A stretch of 64,000 bases of DNA from an uncultured delta proteobacterium (lineage in GTDB: Bacteria; Myxococcota_A; Polyangia; Polyangiales; Houyiibacteriaceae): NCBI GenBank assembly GCA_963792825.1, contig CAWBXS010000005.1, forward strand, positions 559,056-623,055, written 5' to 3'. This document shows, in pieces, positions 45,412 to 54,901 of this stretch. Positions within the stretch are counted from its first letter, which is position 1. Each line of letters opens with the position of its first letter. The position numbers and the translations under genes are program-made. The notes beneath the pieces were generated by a model. The model ran no database searches and was not told the DNA's origin. It saw only the letters and a program-made list of their open reading frames with translations.

Positions 45412-46634
45412 ATGGCGGTTTACGCGTACAGAGGCATCGATGCCCGAGGAAAGTCGGTCAAGGGGATTCGCGATTCCGACAGCGCCAAGGCGCTCCGTTC
45501 AATGCTCAAGCGGGACGGGATCCTGGCCACCGAAATCCTCGAGCAGTCGGAGGCTGCGAGGAAGGCAGCCCGCGACATCGACTTCCGAAAGTTCTTTCGT
45601 CGGGTATCGCCGATCGACATCGCCCTGGCGACTCGGCAGCTTTCGGTGTTGATCCGCTCGGGAGTCCCGTTGGTCGAAGCGCTAAGCGCATTGATCGAGC
45701 AACTCGATCACCCCGATCTGAAGACCGCGTTCACGGACACGCGCAATCAAGTCAACGAGGGCAGTAACCTGGCGGACGCGCTCAAAGCACACCCGAGAAT
45801 CTTTCCCCCGCTGTACGTGAACATGGTGGCTGCGGGTGAAGCATCAGGTACGCTCGAAGAGGTGCTCGCTCGGCTTGCCGAATTCTGGACGACCAGACCC
45901 GGCTTCAAAGCAAGGTGAGAGGCGCCCTCGCCTACCCGATGGTCATGGCGGTGGTCGTCGTCTTGGTCGTTTTTCTGATGATGTCGGTGGTGGTTCCAAA
46001 GGTCACCGCCATCTTCGACAACTTCAACCAGACGCTCCCGTGGTACACGAGCCTGTTGATCTGGATCAGCAACATCTTCAGCAACTACTGGTGGCTTCTC
46101 GCGGCGCTCCTCGGGGGAGGCATCTATGGGTTCCGACGTTGGAAGGCAACCGAAGAGGGCCGCAGGAAATGGGACCTCTTTCTCCTCGACGTCCCCGTCT
46201 TCGGCTCACTGCTGACCATCATCGCGGTCGCTCGCTTTTCGCGGACGCTCGCGACCTTGCTCGCAAGTGGCGTTCCTGTGCTCACTGCGATGGACATCAC
46301 GCGCAACGTGCTCGGAAACACTGAGCTGATGCGCATCGTGGAAGATGCGCGCGCGAGCATCAGAGAGGGCGAAGGAATCGCCAAGCCTCTCCGCCAGGCC
46401 GGCCGGTTCCCGCCGATCGTCACCCACATGATCGCGGTCGGCGAACGATCGGGACAGCTGGAGGAGATGCTTCTGCACGTCGCTGACGCCTACGATCAGC
46501 AGGTCGAGGTCAGAATCGGCGCCATGACTTCGATACTAGAACCGGTGCTCATCGTGATCATGGGTAGCATCGTTGGCGGCATCGCGTTTGCGATTCTCAT
46601 GCCGCTGCTTCAGCTCAACGAGATGATTCAATGA
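45412..46634 (+). pseudogene. gspF: Type II secretion platform protein GspF, frame broken by a 1-nt deletion near 45885
   Basis: ORF 45412..45918 reads ...GEASGTLEEVLARLAEF then an aberrant WTTRPGFKAR*. From c45885 the +1 frame reads LDDQTRLQSKVRGALAYPMVMAVV... and continues into ORF 45915..46634. Joined, the two give a normal ~407-aa GspF. Confidence 0.8.
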
Positions 46635-46637
46635 GGG

Positions 46638-47066
46638 GTGGGTGTGGCTCGACGGAGACGAGAAGAACGAATATCGCTGCCCTGGGAGAGGCGCACCGGA
46701 CGATGGCGGGGCGTGCTCCGCAACACCCGATGGCAAGCGCTGCTCGGACTCTTGATGTTGGTGCTATTAGCTCTGGGGTTTGCGCGATACGCGAGACACC
46801 GGATCCGGCTACGCGACACGCAGGTGGCGATCGGCCAGGTGAAGCAGGCCATCGACCGCTTTCGAGCGGACGTGGGCCGTTGCCCGAGCTCGGATGCCGA
46901 GCTGCTTCACCCGCCACTCTCCCAAAAACACTATCTCGACTCGATGCCCAAGGACGGCTGGGGACAGCCTCTGGCGATTCGCTGCCCAGGCTATTTCGGA
47001 GAGGACGCGGAAGTGATCTCTGCAGGTCCGAGCGGCTCGCTCCTAAGAGACGACAACATTCAATGA
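46638..47066 (+). CDS. GspG-like pseudopilin paralog lacking the prepilin cleavage motif
   Basis: An Arg-rich N-terminus and one TM (WQALLGLLMLVLLALGF) are followed by a GspG-type globular domain (DGWGQPLAIRCPG...VISAGPSGSLLRDDNIQ) that parallels the GspG C-terminus. No G-F-T-L-x-E motif is present. Confidence 0.65.
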   Translation: MGVARRRREERISLPWERRTGRWRGVLRNTRWQALLGLLMLVLLALGFARYARHRIRLRDTQVAIGQVKQAIDRFRADVGRCPSSDAELLHPPLSQKHYLDSMPKDGWGQPLAIRCPGYFGEDAEVISAGPSGSLLRDDNIQ

Positions 47067-47083
47067 AGGGAACGGGAGGCCTC

Positions 47084-47482
47084 ATGCCCAACACGAACGA
47101 CACACGTCTGCAACAACGACTAGCTCGCCGGAGGCGCCGGGAGGGCATGACGCTGATCGAGATCATGATCGTGGTCTTGATCATCGCGCTGATTGGTGGC
47201 GGCGTTGCTGTCGCACTGCTGCCACAACTGGAAAAAGCGCGAATCAAGACGACCAAAACGGACGCTCAGTCGCTTCGCTCGGCCGTGATGCTCTATGTCG
47301 CAGACAATCCGAAAGAGTGTCCAACCATCGACGAGCTGATCAGCGGACGATACCTCGACTCGAGCCGACGGACGGCGGACGCCTGGGATGTTCCGTTTCA
47401 AATCACCTGCGAAAGCGGGGAAATCGCGGTGCTTTCGGCCGGACCCGACCTCGAATTCAACACGGAAGACGACATTCAATAG
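47084..47482 (+). CDS. gspG: Type II secretion major pseudopilin GspG
   Basis: Prepilin motif REGMTLIEIMIVVLIIALIGG and the GspG domain (...AWDVPFQITCESGEIAVLSAGPDLEFNTEDDIQ). GGGAGG SD before the ATG at 47084. Confidence 0.88.
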   Translation: MPNTNDTRLQQRLARRRRREGMTLIEIMIVVLIIALIGGGVAVALLPQLEKARIKTTKTDAQSLRSAVMLYVADNPKECPTIDELISGRYLDSSRRTADAWDVPFQITCESGEIAVLSAGPDLEFNTEDDIQ

Positions 47483-47485
47483 CCC

Positions 47486-48175
47486 ATGCCTCGCCGCCCG
47501 CCTCACCGAACGAATCGCGGATTCACCCTCATCGAGGTGCTTCTGGTGATTGCGATCATTGCGGTCGTGGTGACGGGGGCGACGTTCGGCTTGGGAGCGG
47601 TTACGCGAACCCGTCTCCGGTCTTCGGCGTTCAGAGTCGCAAGCGCGGCACGATTCGCCTACAACCGCTCTCTCACTCATGGCACCACGACGCGCCTGCG
47701 CTTCGATTTGGACGCGAACACGATGGCAGTCGAGGAGACCGAGACACCCGTGACTCTCGCCACTGAGGCACAGCTCGACGGTGATGCCGGGGACGCGGTC
47801 GACCCCTGGGACCTCGCGAGGTCGCGGCTCGAGACACCACTCAATCGCATCGAACCAGTGTCACCATTTCAACCGATCACGAACGAGAGCGGCAAGGTGC
47901 TCGAACGATATGGGGCGCAGCCCATCGGCGATGCGATATCGATTCTAGCTCTCATCACGCCCCACGAGACGGACAAGCGGACCGATGGTGAAGGATCGAT
48001 CTACTTCTTCCCGGGAGGCCTCACGGAGCATGCCGTCGTCCAGCTGACGGACTCGAGCGAAACGGTCTACAGCGTCGAAATCCACGCGCTCACCGGCGAC
48101 GCGCAGATTCACAACTTCGCCTACGAGCCGCTGGACGAGCTCGAGGACGAAGGCGAAGTCGAGGACTCGCTATGA
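47486..48175 (+). CDS. gspH: Type II secretion minor pseudopilin GspH
   Basis: Prepilin motif NRGFTLIEVLLVIAIIAVV, plus position after gspG. Confidence 0.78.
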   Translation: MPRRPPHRTNRGFTLIEVLLVIAIIAVVVTGATFGLGAVTRTRLRSSAFRVASAARFAYNRSLTHGTTTRLRFDLDANTMAVEETETPVTLATEAQLDGDAGDAVDPWDLARSRLETPLNRIEPVSPFQPITNESGKVLERYGAQPIGDAISILALITPHETDKRTDGEGSIYFFPGGLTEHAVVQLTDSSETVYSVEIHALTGDAQIHNFAYEPLDELEDEGEVEDSL

Positions 48176-48774
48176 GCAAGCGCGGGTTCACCTTGTTGGA
48201 GGTGATGATTGCGGTGGCAATCCTAGGCATCTCGATGGCGGCCATTTTTTCGAGTGAGGTCGGCGCTGCAAACGTCGGGGCCCGCGCTCGAAGACAAAAC
48301 GTCGCCGCGACTCTCGCCCGCTGCAAGATGGGAGAGATCGAAGAGCTCATCTCGATCGAGGGCTTGCCGGCGCTTGAAAAGAAGGACACCGACAATTGCT
48401 GCGACCACGCCCCCGTCGAAGGCTTCGAATGCGACTGGATCGTCGAGCGGATCATCCTTCCGGAGTTCGGAGCTCAAGACAGCCAAGATGAGGAGGACGA
48501 CAGCCCAGACAAGCAGCTCAACGAAGCTTACGATGAGGTGCGTGAAGAAGGCGCCGCACCTCAAGAGGTGATCGCGGGACAAGCCGGAAACCTCGCCGTC
48601 CTCGCACTGCAGCTCGGGTTTCCAATCCTGAAGCCCTTTCTCGAGGAGCAGGTGCGCAGAGCCACCGTGACCGTTCGCTGGAAGGAAGGTCCCGAGGAGC
48701 GCGGCTTCGATGTCACGCAGTATCTCGTGTCGGAGCAGCCAGCGCCGACTGAGGACACGGAGCAAGCACAATGA
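48172..48774 (+). CDS. gspI: Type II secretion minor pseudopilin GspI
   Basis: Prepilin motif KRGFTLLEVMIAVAILG. ATGA overlap with gspH. Confidence 0.78.
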   Translation: MSKRGFTLLEVMIAVAILGISMAAIFSSEVGAANVGARARRQNVAATLARCKMGEIEELISIEGLPALEKKDTDNCCDHAPVEGFECDWIVERIILPEFGAQDSQDEEDDSPDKQLNEAYDEVREEGAAPQEVIAGQAGNLAVLALQLGFPILKPFLEEQVRRATVTVRWKEGPEERGFDVTQYLVSEQPAPTEDTEQAQ

Positions 48775-49457
48775 GAAAACAGGGCTTCACGCTTCTCGAA
48801 ATCCTCCTCGCCGTCTCGATTCTCGCCCTCGTCGGCACGATGATCTACGGTGGCTTCTCTCAGACCGCACTCAACAAAGCACGAGTCGAAGAAGATGTTG
48901 ATCACTCGCGGATCATCCACATGGCTCTCGAACGCATGGCCCGCGAGCTGACCATGGCGTTCGTGTCCACGCATGTGAACCCCTCACTCGACCTACGCGT
49001 AGTCAACACTGCCTTCATAGGAAAGGACAACGGGAAGGATGATCGAATCGATTTCACGTCGTTCTCGCATCGGCGCCTGTACCGGAACGCACGCGAGTCG
49101 GATCAGAACGAGATCAGCTACTTCGTCACCGAACATCCGGATGATCCCGAAAAGCTGGTCCTCGCCCGCAGAGAGCAGAACCGGATTGACGAGGACCCGC
49201 GACGCGGTGGCAAATCCCAGATCCTCGTGGAGAACGTCGAGGAGTTCAACGTCGAATACTTCGACCCTCTCTTGAGCGAGTGGGTTCAAACCTGGAATAC
49301 CGACGACATCCTCGCCCAACCGAACCGTCTGCCCACGCAGGTGCGAATTCGACTATCGGTCGAAGACCCTCGCCACCCTGGTCGGACCCAGAGCTTCGGG
49401 ACGCGGGTCACGATCCCGATTACCTACGCTCTCAACCACGCGAACTACAACCCATGA
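48771..49457 (+). CDS. gspJ: Type II secretion minor pseudopilin GspJ
   Basis: Prepilin motif KQGFTLLEILLAVSILALVG. ATGA overlap with gspI. Confidence 0.78.
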   Translation: MRKQGFTLLEILLAVSILALVGTMIYGGFSQTALNKARVEEDVDHSRIIHMALERMARELTMAFVSTHVNPSLDLRVVNTAFIGKDNGKDDRIDFTSFSHRRLYRNARESDQNEISYFVTEHPDDPEKLVLARREQNRIDEDPRRGGKSQILVENVEEFNVEYFDPLLSEWVQTWNTDDILAQPNRLPTQVRIRLSVEDPRHPGRTQSFGTRVTIPITYALNHANYNP

Positions 49458-50803
49458 GTAGCAAGACGACGAGATACCGGAAGCATTCCGAGGAAGGGGT
49501 TGCCCTCATCTTGGCCATCACGACGGTGGCGATTCTCGCGGTGATGCTCGCCGACATGCACGAAACGACGGGAACCGCGTTTGCGGTGTCCACGTCACAG
49601 AGAGACTCCTTGCAGGCCGAGTACATGGCGAAGAGCGCTTTGAACCTGACCCGCCTGCTGATCGCGAAGGAACCCGAGATCCGTCGCTTCGTCGATCCAC
49701 TCTATCGAGGCGCGACGGGTCGGCCCGCACCGCAGCTACCGGTCTGGAACTTCGTCAACGAGATTTTGTCGCCCTTCTGCACGCCTGAAGACCAACGGGA
49801 CACCTTGATGGAGCTCGGTGTCGACTTCGGGGATACGGTGGGGTTCGACGACCTGCCGGGTAAATGCCACGTCGTCGCCGTCAGCGAGAATGGCAAGATC
49901 AACGTCAACGACCCGCTGTACCTCGATGGAGATCGGGCTCGCGACAACGTCGCGACTCAGCTCTTTTCACTCACGGGCGGACAGCTGCCGGAAAGCCCCT
50001 ACGACCCGTTGTTCACGAAAGAAGACGAGACGGGCACTCTGACGACCCGACTCGATCTAATCACCGCAGTGATCGACTGGTGGGATGCAGACATTCAGCG
50101 GACGGACTTCGACCCGGGCGCGGGGAAGACGCGATCGGGCGGCACCGGAATGGAGGACGACTCGTTCTATCAGCTGCGCGACGATCCGTACCGCAACAAG
50201 AACGCCCCTTTCGATTCGATCGAGGAGCTCCGATTGGTGCGAGGCTTCACGGATGACTTCTGGGCCACGTTCGTCGAGCCGATTCCCAATGACCCGGCCT
50301 CTCGCATCATGACGATCTACGCTTCGGGCCTCGTGAATGTGAACGAGGCTAGCCCTCAGGTCCTACTCGGCCGGATCTGCTCGTTCGTTCCCGAAACGAC
50401 CCTGTGCACCGATCCCCTCGAAGGCCTCAAGCTCACGCAGATCCTAACCACGGTTCGTCAGCTGATTCCGATCCCTTTGTTCAGCCGCCCCACCGACCTC
50501 ATCGACTTCGTCGAGGGCAAAGGAACCCAAAAGGACTTGTACGGAATGCTCACGAGCTTCTTGGGACCGGAAAGCGAGTTGCTCTTCACGCCGATCGTGA
50601 TTCCGGAGGATCAACGGACCCCGCTCGAGCGCTCGTTCGCGACATCAGCGGAGATCTTCACCATCCAAGCCACGGCTCTGGTGGGCCACTCACAGGTTCG
50701 AATCGATTCCGTCGTCAACTTCCATGCACGTTGGGTACCGCCGCCGCCCAATACGGGGCGCATGCCGGGCTTGGGAGTCTTCCACTACTATCGGATGAAT
50801 TGA
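49454..50803 (+). CDS. gspK: Type II secretion minor pseudopilin GspK
   Basis: N-terminal hydrophobic EEGVALILAITTVAILAVMLADM and a large GspK-type domain (FDSIEELRLVRGFTDDFW). ATGA overlap with gspJ. The listed start 49280 overlaps gspJ. Confidence 0.8.
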   Translation: MSSKTTRYRKHSEEGVALILAITTVAILAVMLADMHETTGTAFAVSTSQRDSLQAEYMAKSALNLTRLLIAKEPEIRRFVDPLYRGATGRPAPQLPVWNFVNEILSPFCTPEDQRDTLMELGVDFGDTVGFDDLPGKCHVVAVSENGKINVNDPLYLDGDRARDNVATQLFSLTGGQLPESPYDPLFTKEDETGTLTTRLDLITAVIDWWDADIQRTDFDPGAGKTRSGGTGMEDDSFYQLRDDPYRNKNAPFDSIEELRLVRGFTDDFWATFVEPIPNDPASRIMTIYASGLVNVNEASPQVLLGRICSFVPETTLCTDPLEGLKLTQILTTVRQLIPIPLFSRPTDLIDFVEGKGTQKDLYGMLTSFLGPESELLFTPIVIPEDQRTPLERSFATSAEIFTIQATALVGHSQVRIDSVVNFHARWVPPPPNTGRMPGLGVFHYYRMN

Positions 50804-50804
50804 G

Positions 50805-52274
50805 ATGTCTTTGGTTCTGGGATTAGAGGTAACATCGCGCACGGTTCGCGGCGCGTTCTTGCGTACTAGATTGCGCGGCTCCGAAATGGAGGGCTACGCG
50901 GAGGCGCCGCTTCGTTACTCCGCTGAATCGGAATCGTATGACGACGTGCTCCGGGCTGCGGTCGCGCAAGTGGTGGGCCGAGGCACCCGCCAACCAGACC
51001 GCATCATCGCCGCTCTCGACGGTGAAGCTGCTTCGCTGAGACTGATCGACCTCCCCGCTGGCGTCGAGAAGAAGGTTGCTGAAGTGCTGCCTGGCGAGCT
51101 CGGCACTCTACTGCCATTCGACGTCGAGGATGCAATCGTCGACTTCCAGGTGGTCGATCGTACTGAGTCGACGATTCAGCTGATGGCCGTCGCCGCTCCC
51201 CGAAAGAACGTCGGAGCACGCCTTCGTGAGCTTCAATCGGCGGGAGTCGATCCGCAAGAGCTTGCCGTTGGGGCGGCCGTGTTCGATGGTTTGGGCGCCC
51301 TCCTCGGAGACTCGCTAGCCGCCAAGACGGTGCTCGTAGTCGACGTAGGTTCGAAAATCACCGACTTCGCCGTGTTGACCAACGGTCGCTGCACGTTCGC
51401 AAGGACAGTCTCAGGCGGCATGGACTTGGTCGAATCTGGCCGCCGCGCACAACTTGGAGCGGCCCTGCAACGCACCTTCGCGAGCTATCGAGCACAAAGG
51501 TCAGAAGAGCCCGCAGGCATCTTCTTGTCTGGCGAAACCGCGCCCATGGACAGTGCACGGCAATGGCTCAGTGAGCAGCTTGGCCTCGAATGCGGGGTGG
51601 CCCCGCTCCCACCGGCGCCGGGCGCGGACGAGGAAACCCTACCGAAGTTCACCAAGGCAGCAGCGCTTGCTGCACGTGCAATCTCACGCGGCAAACAGCT
51701 CGACCTCCGGCAAGGGGAGTTCGCATCGAAGGCAGCCGCAGGTCAGATACGCACGCATCTGCGTCTAATTGCCCTGTGTTTCGCAGCGGTCGTGCTTTCT
51801 TTCGCGGTCTCTCTCATTGCCCGTCACCGGGTGGCCAACGCCGAGCACGAACAACTTGCTTCGAAGCTCGGAGAAGTGACCCTAGACCTCCTTGGGGAGG
51901 AAACCCGGAGCGCGCTTCACGCGCGCGAGCTGCTTACCGCGGGGCCCCGGATCGACGACCCACTCCCCCGCTTCGATGCCTACGACGTTCTCGAGGCGAT
52001 TTCCGAGAGCATTCCGGCCGACATTCAACACGACACGCGCCGATTGCTGATCGAGATCGACGACGAGGGGGACACGGGCCGGTTCGAGATTCAAGGCACC
52101 GTCGGCTCCATCGCCGAACGCGACAGGCTCGTCGACGAATTGCAGGAGCATCCCTGCTTTGCAGACGTAGAGAAAGGCTCGATCTCGACGGCTGTCGGGG
52201 ACCGAAAAGACTACAAGCTTGCGGTCAAGATCGCATGTGGCGAAACGCATTCGCGAAAGGCGAAAGGGAAGTAA
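50805..52274 (+). CDS. gspL: Type II secretion protein GspL (actin-like cytoplasmic domain + TM + periplasmic domain)
   Basis: PilM/GspL-like N-terminal domain, one TM (LIALCFAAVVLSFAVSLIA), plus position between gspK and gspM. Confidence 0.75.
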   Translation: MSLVLGLEVTSRTVRGAFLRTRLRGSEMEGYAEAPLRYSAESESYDDVLRAAVAQVVGRGTRQPDRIIAALDGEAASLRLIDLPAGVEKKVAEVLPGELGTLLPFDVEDAIVDFQVVDRTESTIQLMAVAAPRKNVGARLRELQSAGVDPQELAVGAAVFDGLGALLGDSLAAKTVLVVDVGSKITDFAVLTNGRCTFARTVSGGMDLVESGRRAQLGAALQRTFASYRAQRSEEPAGIFLSGETAPMDSARQWLSEQLGLECGVAPLPPAPGADEETLPKFTKAAALAARAISRGKQLDLRQGEFASKAAAGQIRTHLRLIALCFAAVVLSFAVSLIARHRVANAEHEQLASKLGEVTLDLLGEETRSALHARELLTAGPRIDDPLPRFDAYDVLEAISESIPADIQHDTRRLLIEIDDEGDTGRFEIQGTVGSIAERDRLVDELQEHPCFADVEKGSISTAVGDRKDYKLAVKIACGETHSRKAKGK

Positions 52275-52275
52275 C

Positions 52276-52845
52276 ATGGCCTTGCGAGATGCACTCGACA
52301 ATGCACGTACCTGGGCCGATGCCTTGAGCCACCGCGAGCGAAGGCTGCTAGGGATCATGGCTGTCGTGTTGCTTGGAATGCTGATCGTGGTGCCGATGTA
52401 CATAGGCTTTTCGAGCATCTCGGATCTCGAGTCCGAGAACGAGGAAATTGCCCAGGTCCTGCAGGACATCCGCAGTGCCGAGCCGCGATTACAACAACAG
52501 AAGGCCGAAAGGCGCTTGGTCGAGCGCCTGTACGACCGCAAGGCGCCATCCTTGGGAGGCTTCCTCGAGGAGCGTGCTCAGCAATACGGAGTGACCGGGC
52601 TCGGGATCACGGACCAGCCCAAGCTCGACATGGGCGGTTACAGCCGCCGTTCCGTGCGGGTGTCCCTTCCGGTGGTGGAGCTCCGGCCTTTGATCGAAAT
52701 GCTCGCTGACATCGAGAACAGCTCCTACCCCGTTTCAATCGAGGGCATTCAGATGACCGGCGGCCGGATGCGCACCGGATACACGGTGACCTTGGCGGTG
52801 AATGCGTACGACCGTGAAACTGAACCCGTTCGAGAAAAGGACTAG
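52276..52845 (+). CDS. gspM: Type II secretion protein GspM
   Basis: Short cytoplasmic N-terminus, a TM (LLGIMAVVLLGMLIVVPMYIGF) and a ferredoxin-like periplasmic domain. The ATG lies 2 nt after the gspL stop. Confidence 0.72.
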   Translation: MALRDALDNARTWADALSHRERRLLGIMAVVLLGMLIVVPMYIGFSSISDLESENEEIAQVLQDIRSAEPRLQQQKAERRLVERLYDRKAPSLGGFLEERAQQYGVTGLGITDQPKLDMGGYSRRSVRVSLPVVELRPLIEMLADIENSSYPVSIEGIQMTGGRMRTGYTVTLAVNAYDRETEPVREKD

Positions 52846-52848
52846 TCG

Positions 52849-53805
52849 GTGCGACAGCTTCCGGTCCGACAGATTCTGAGATGGACGGCATACCCGCTGT
52901 TCTTTCTCGTCTGCTTCGTGTTCTTTGCCTACAAGACGTTTCCCTACGACCGACTCGCCGCTCGAATCGTCCAGATGGCGCAGCTGCAGGGATACGAGCT
53001 GGAAATCGGAGACTTGACGCACTCGGGCATGACGGGGCTGACGTTCGACGATCTGCGTGTCATCGTGCCCTCTGCAGACGAAGGCTCGCCGCCGACCGAT
53101 GTCGTGTTCGACGAGCTGACCCTGAGCACCACGTTGCTCTCGCTGATCTCAGAGGTCAAGTCGTACAGCTTTTTTGCGGAGCTAGCCGGAGGACAGGCGG
53201 AAGGTGACGTCACAATCGGAGAGAACGTGCTGGATGTAGACGCCGAGATCGACGACATCGATCTGTCCGCCATCTCGGCACTGCCCAAGTTCGCCGTGGT
53301 CCCGCTCGCCGGTACGCTCAACGGAGAGATCTCGCTCGCCATGCCGAGCGAGATCGGCGAGTCGACGGGTAACCTAGAAATCACCGTCGAGGGTCTCAAC
53401 ATCGGCGACGGAAAGTCGAAGGTCGACATCCCCGGATGGGGCGGACTCACGCTCGATCAAGCCGACGCCGGAGACCTCGAGCTGGTCGCCACCATCGAGG
53501 AGGGGATTGCGAGGATCGAGCGCGCAACGGCCCATGGAAAGGATCTGGAGCTCGATGCCCTCGGCAAGGCGCGGCTTGGTCGTCCGTTCAACCGCACTGA
53601 GCTCGACATCATGGTGCGTGTGAAGATCGAGGACGCTTACAAAGCGCGGAGCGACAAGGTGGCAACGATGCTGGAGCTCGCATCATCGGGATTGAAAGCC
53701 GCTCTCACCAAGGACGGCGCGATTCAGTACGCCGTCGCAGGCCCAGTCGGGCCCCGTTTGCGCGCGAGGCCGGCGGGAGCCCAGCCCTTCGAAGCCCCGA
53801 AGTGA
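52849..53805 (+). CDS. gspN: Type II secretion protein GspN
   Basis: N-terminal TM (YPLFFLVCFVFFAYKTFPY), a beta-rich periplasmic domain, and position as the last gene of the cluster. Confidence 0.7.
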   Translation: MRQLPVRQILRWTAYPLFFLVCFVFFAYKTFPYDRLAARIVQMAQLQGYELEIGDLTHSGMTGLTFDDLRVIVPSADEGSPPTDVVFDELTLSTTLLSLISEVKSYSFFAELAGGQAEGDVTIGENVLDVDAEIDDIDLSAISALPKFAVVPLAGTLNGEISLAMPSEIGESTGNLEITVEGLNIGDGKSKVDIPGWGGLTLDQADAGDLELVATIEEGIARIERATAHGKDLELDALGKARLGRPFNRTELDIMVRVKIEDAYKARSDKVATMLELASSGLKAALTKDGAIQYAVAGPVGPRLRARPAGAQPFEAPK

Positions 53806-53865
53806 GGCCCGGGGCTGGACGCCTGGGAGGACTGCGCTTAGAGAACAGGGTCACGAGCACGACCG

Positions 53866-54858
53866 ATGACCCGAAAAGAACACGACGAAGAGTCACCCGA
53901 CGAGATCGATGAACCGCAGGCTGCCGAGGTCATGGACGAGGAGCCGGAGGGTGATCTCGACGAGGCCGGGGCGCTGAGGCTTTCCTCCGCCGCACTGACC
54001 CGACGCGATCCCCTGGGCGCCTACATGAGAGACGTGCAGCGCTACCCACTCCTCTCGAAGGAAGAGGAACACGAGCTTGCGGTCCGGTTCTTCGAGGAGG
54101 ACGACCTCGAAGCGGCGAAGCGGCTGGTCACCTCAAACCTCCGACTCGTGGTCAAGATCGCTTACGACTACCGTCAGGCCTACAAGAACATTCTCGATCT
54201 GGTGCAGGAAGGCAACATCGGCCTCATGCAGGCGGTCAAGAAGTACGACCCGTACAAGGGTGTCAAGCTTTCGAGCTACGCGGCGTGGTGGGTACGTGCG
54301 TACATCCTCCGTTACATTCTGAACAACCACCGGCTCGTGAAGGTGGGAACGACGCAAGCTCAGCGAAAGCTATTCTTCAACTTGCAGAAAGAGAAAGCCA
54401 AGCTCTCAGCCCTGGGAATCGAACCGACGGCCGAAGTCATCGCCGAGCGCCTCAACGTTCCAGAGCGGGACGTGGTCTCCATGGACATGCGGCTCGCCGC
54501 GGGAGACGCCTCCCTCGATGCACCGGTTGGGACATCGGAGGGCCGTTCGGTCGCTCGTGTCGAGCTGCTCCCCTCGGAGGGCGTCCGCGCGGACGACACG
54601 TTGGCCGACGCGGAAGTCGGCGATAAATTCTCCAAAAAGATTCACGAGTTTGGGGAGAGACTCGAGGGTAAGGAGAGACAGATCTTCGAAGACCGGTTAA
54701 TCGCGGAAGATCCCAAAACCCTGCAGACTCTGGGAGAGGAGTTCGGCGTGAGCCGCGAGCGGGTCCGGCAAATCGAGAAGCGACTGCTGCAGAAGCTCAA
54801 GACCTATCTCCAGCACGAGCTCGGCGAAACAGTCGTGGAAGTCTACGAATCTCCCTAG
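53866..54858 (+). CDS. rpoH: RpoH-like (sigma-32 family) RNA polymerase sigma factor with acidic N-terminal extension
   Basis: Regions 2-4 are present. RpoH-box-like QRKLFFNLQKEKAK, and a region 4 HTH (LGEEFGVSRERVRQIE). Confidence 0.8.
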   Translation: MTRKEHDEESPDEIDEPQAAEVMDEEPEGDLDEAGALRLSSAALTRRDPLGAYMRDVQRYPLLSKEEEHELAVRFFEEDDLEAAKRLVTSNLRLVVKIAYDYRQAYKNILDLVQEGNIGLMQAVKKYDPYKGVKLSSYAAWWVRAYILRYILNNHRLVKVGTTQAQRKLFFNLQKEKAKLSALGIEPTAEVIAERLNVPERDVVSMDMRLAAGDASLDAPVGTSEGRSVARVELLPSEGVRADDTLADAEVGDKFSKKIHEFGERLEGKERQIFEDRLIAEDPKTLQTLGEEFGVSRERVRQIEKRLLQKLKTYLQHELGETVVEVYESP

Positions 54859-54901
54859 GCCGCCGGGTCGCAGGACAACGGAGATGTGGTAACGGCTCCC
54901 G

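Noticed and set aside
45880-45920. Programmed -1 ribosomal frameshift in gspF
   Set aside because: No X-XXY-YYZ slippery heptamer is present (the local sequence is G-AAT-TCT-GG), and I found no obvious downstream pseudoknot or strong hairpin. A 1-nt deletion or a sequencing error is the simpler explanation.
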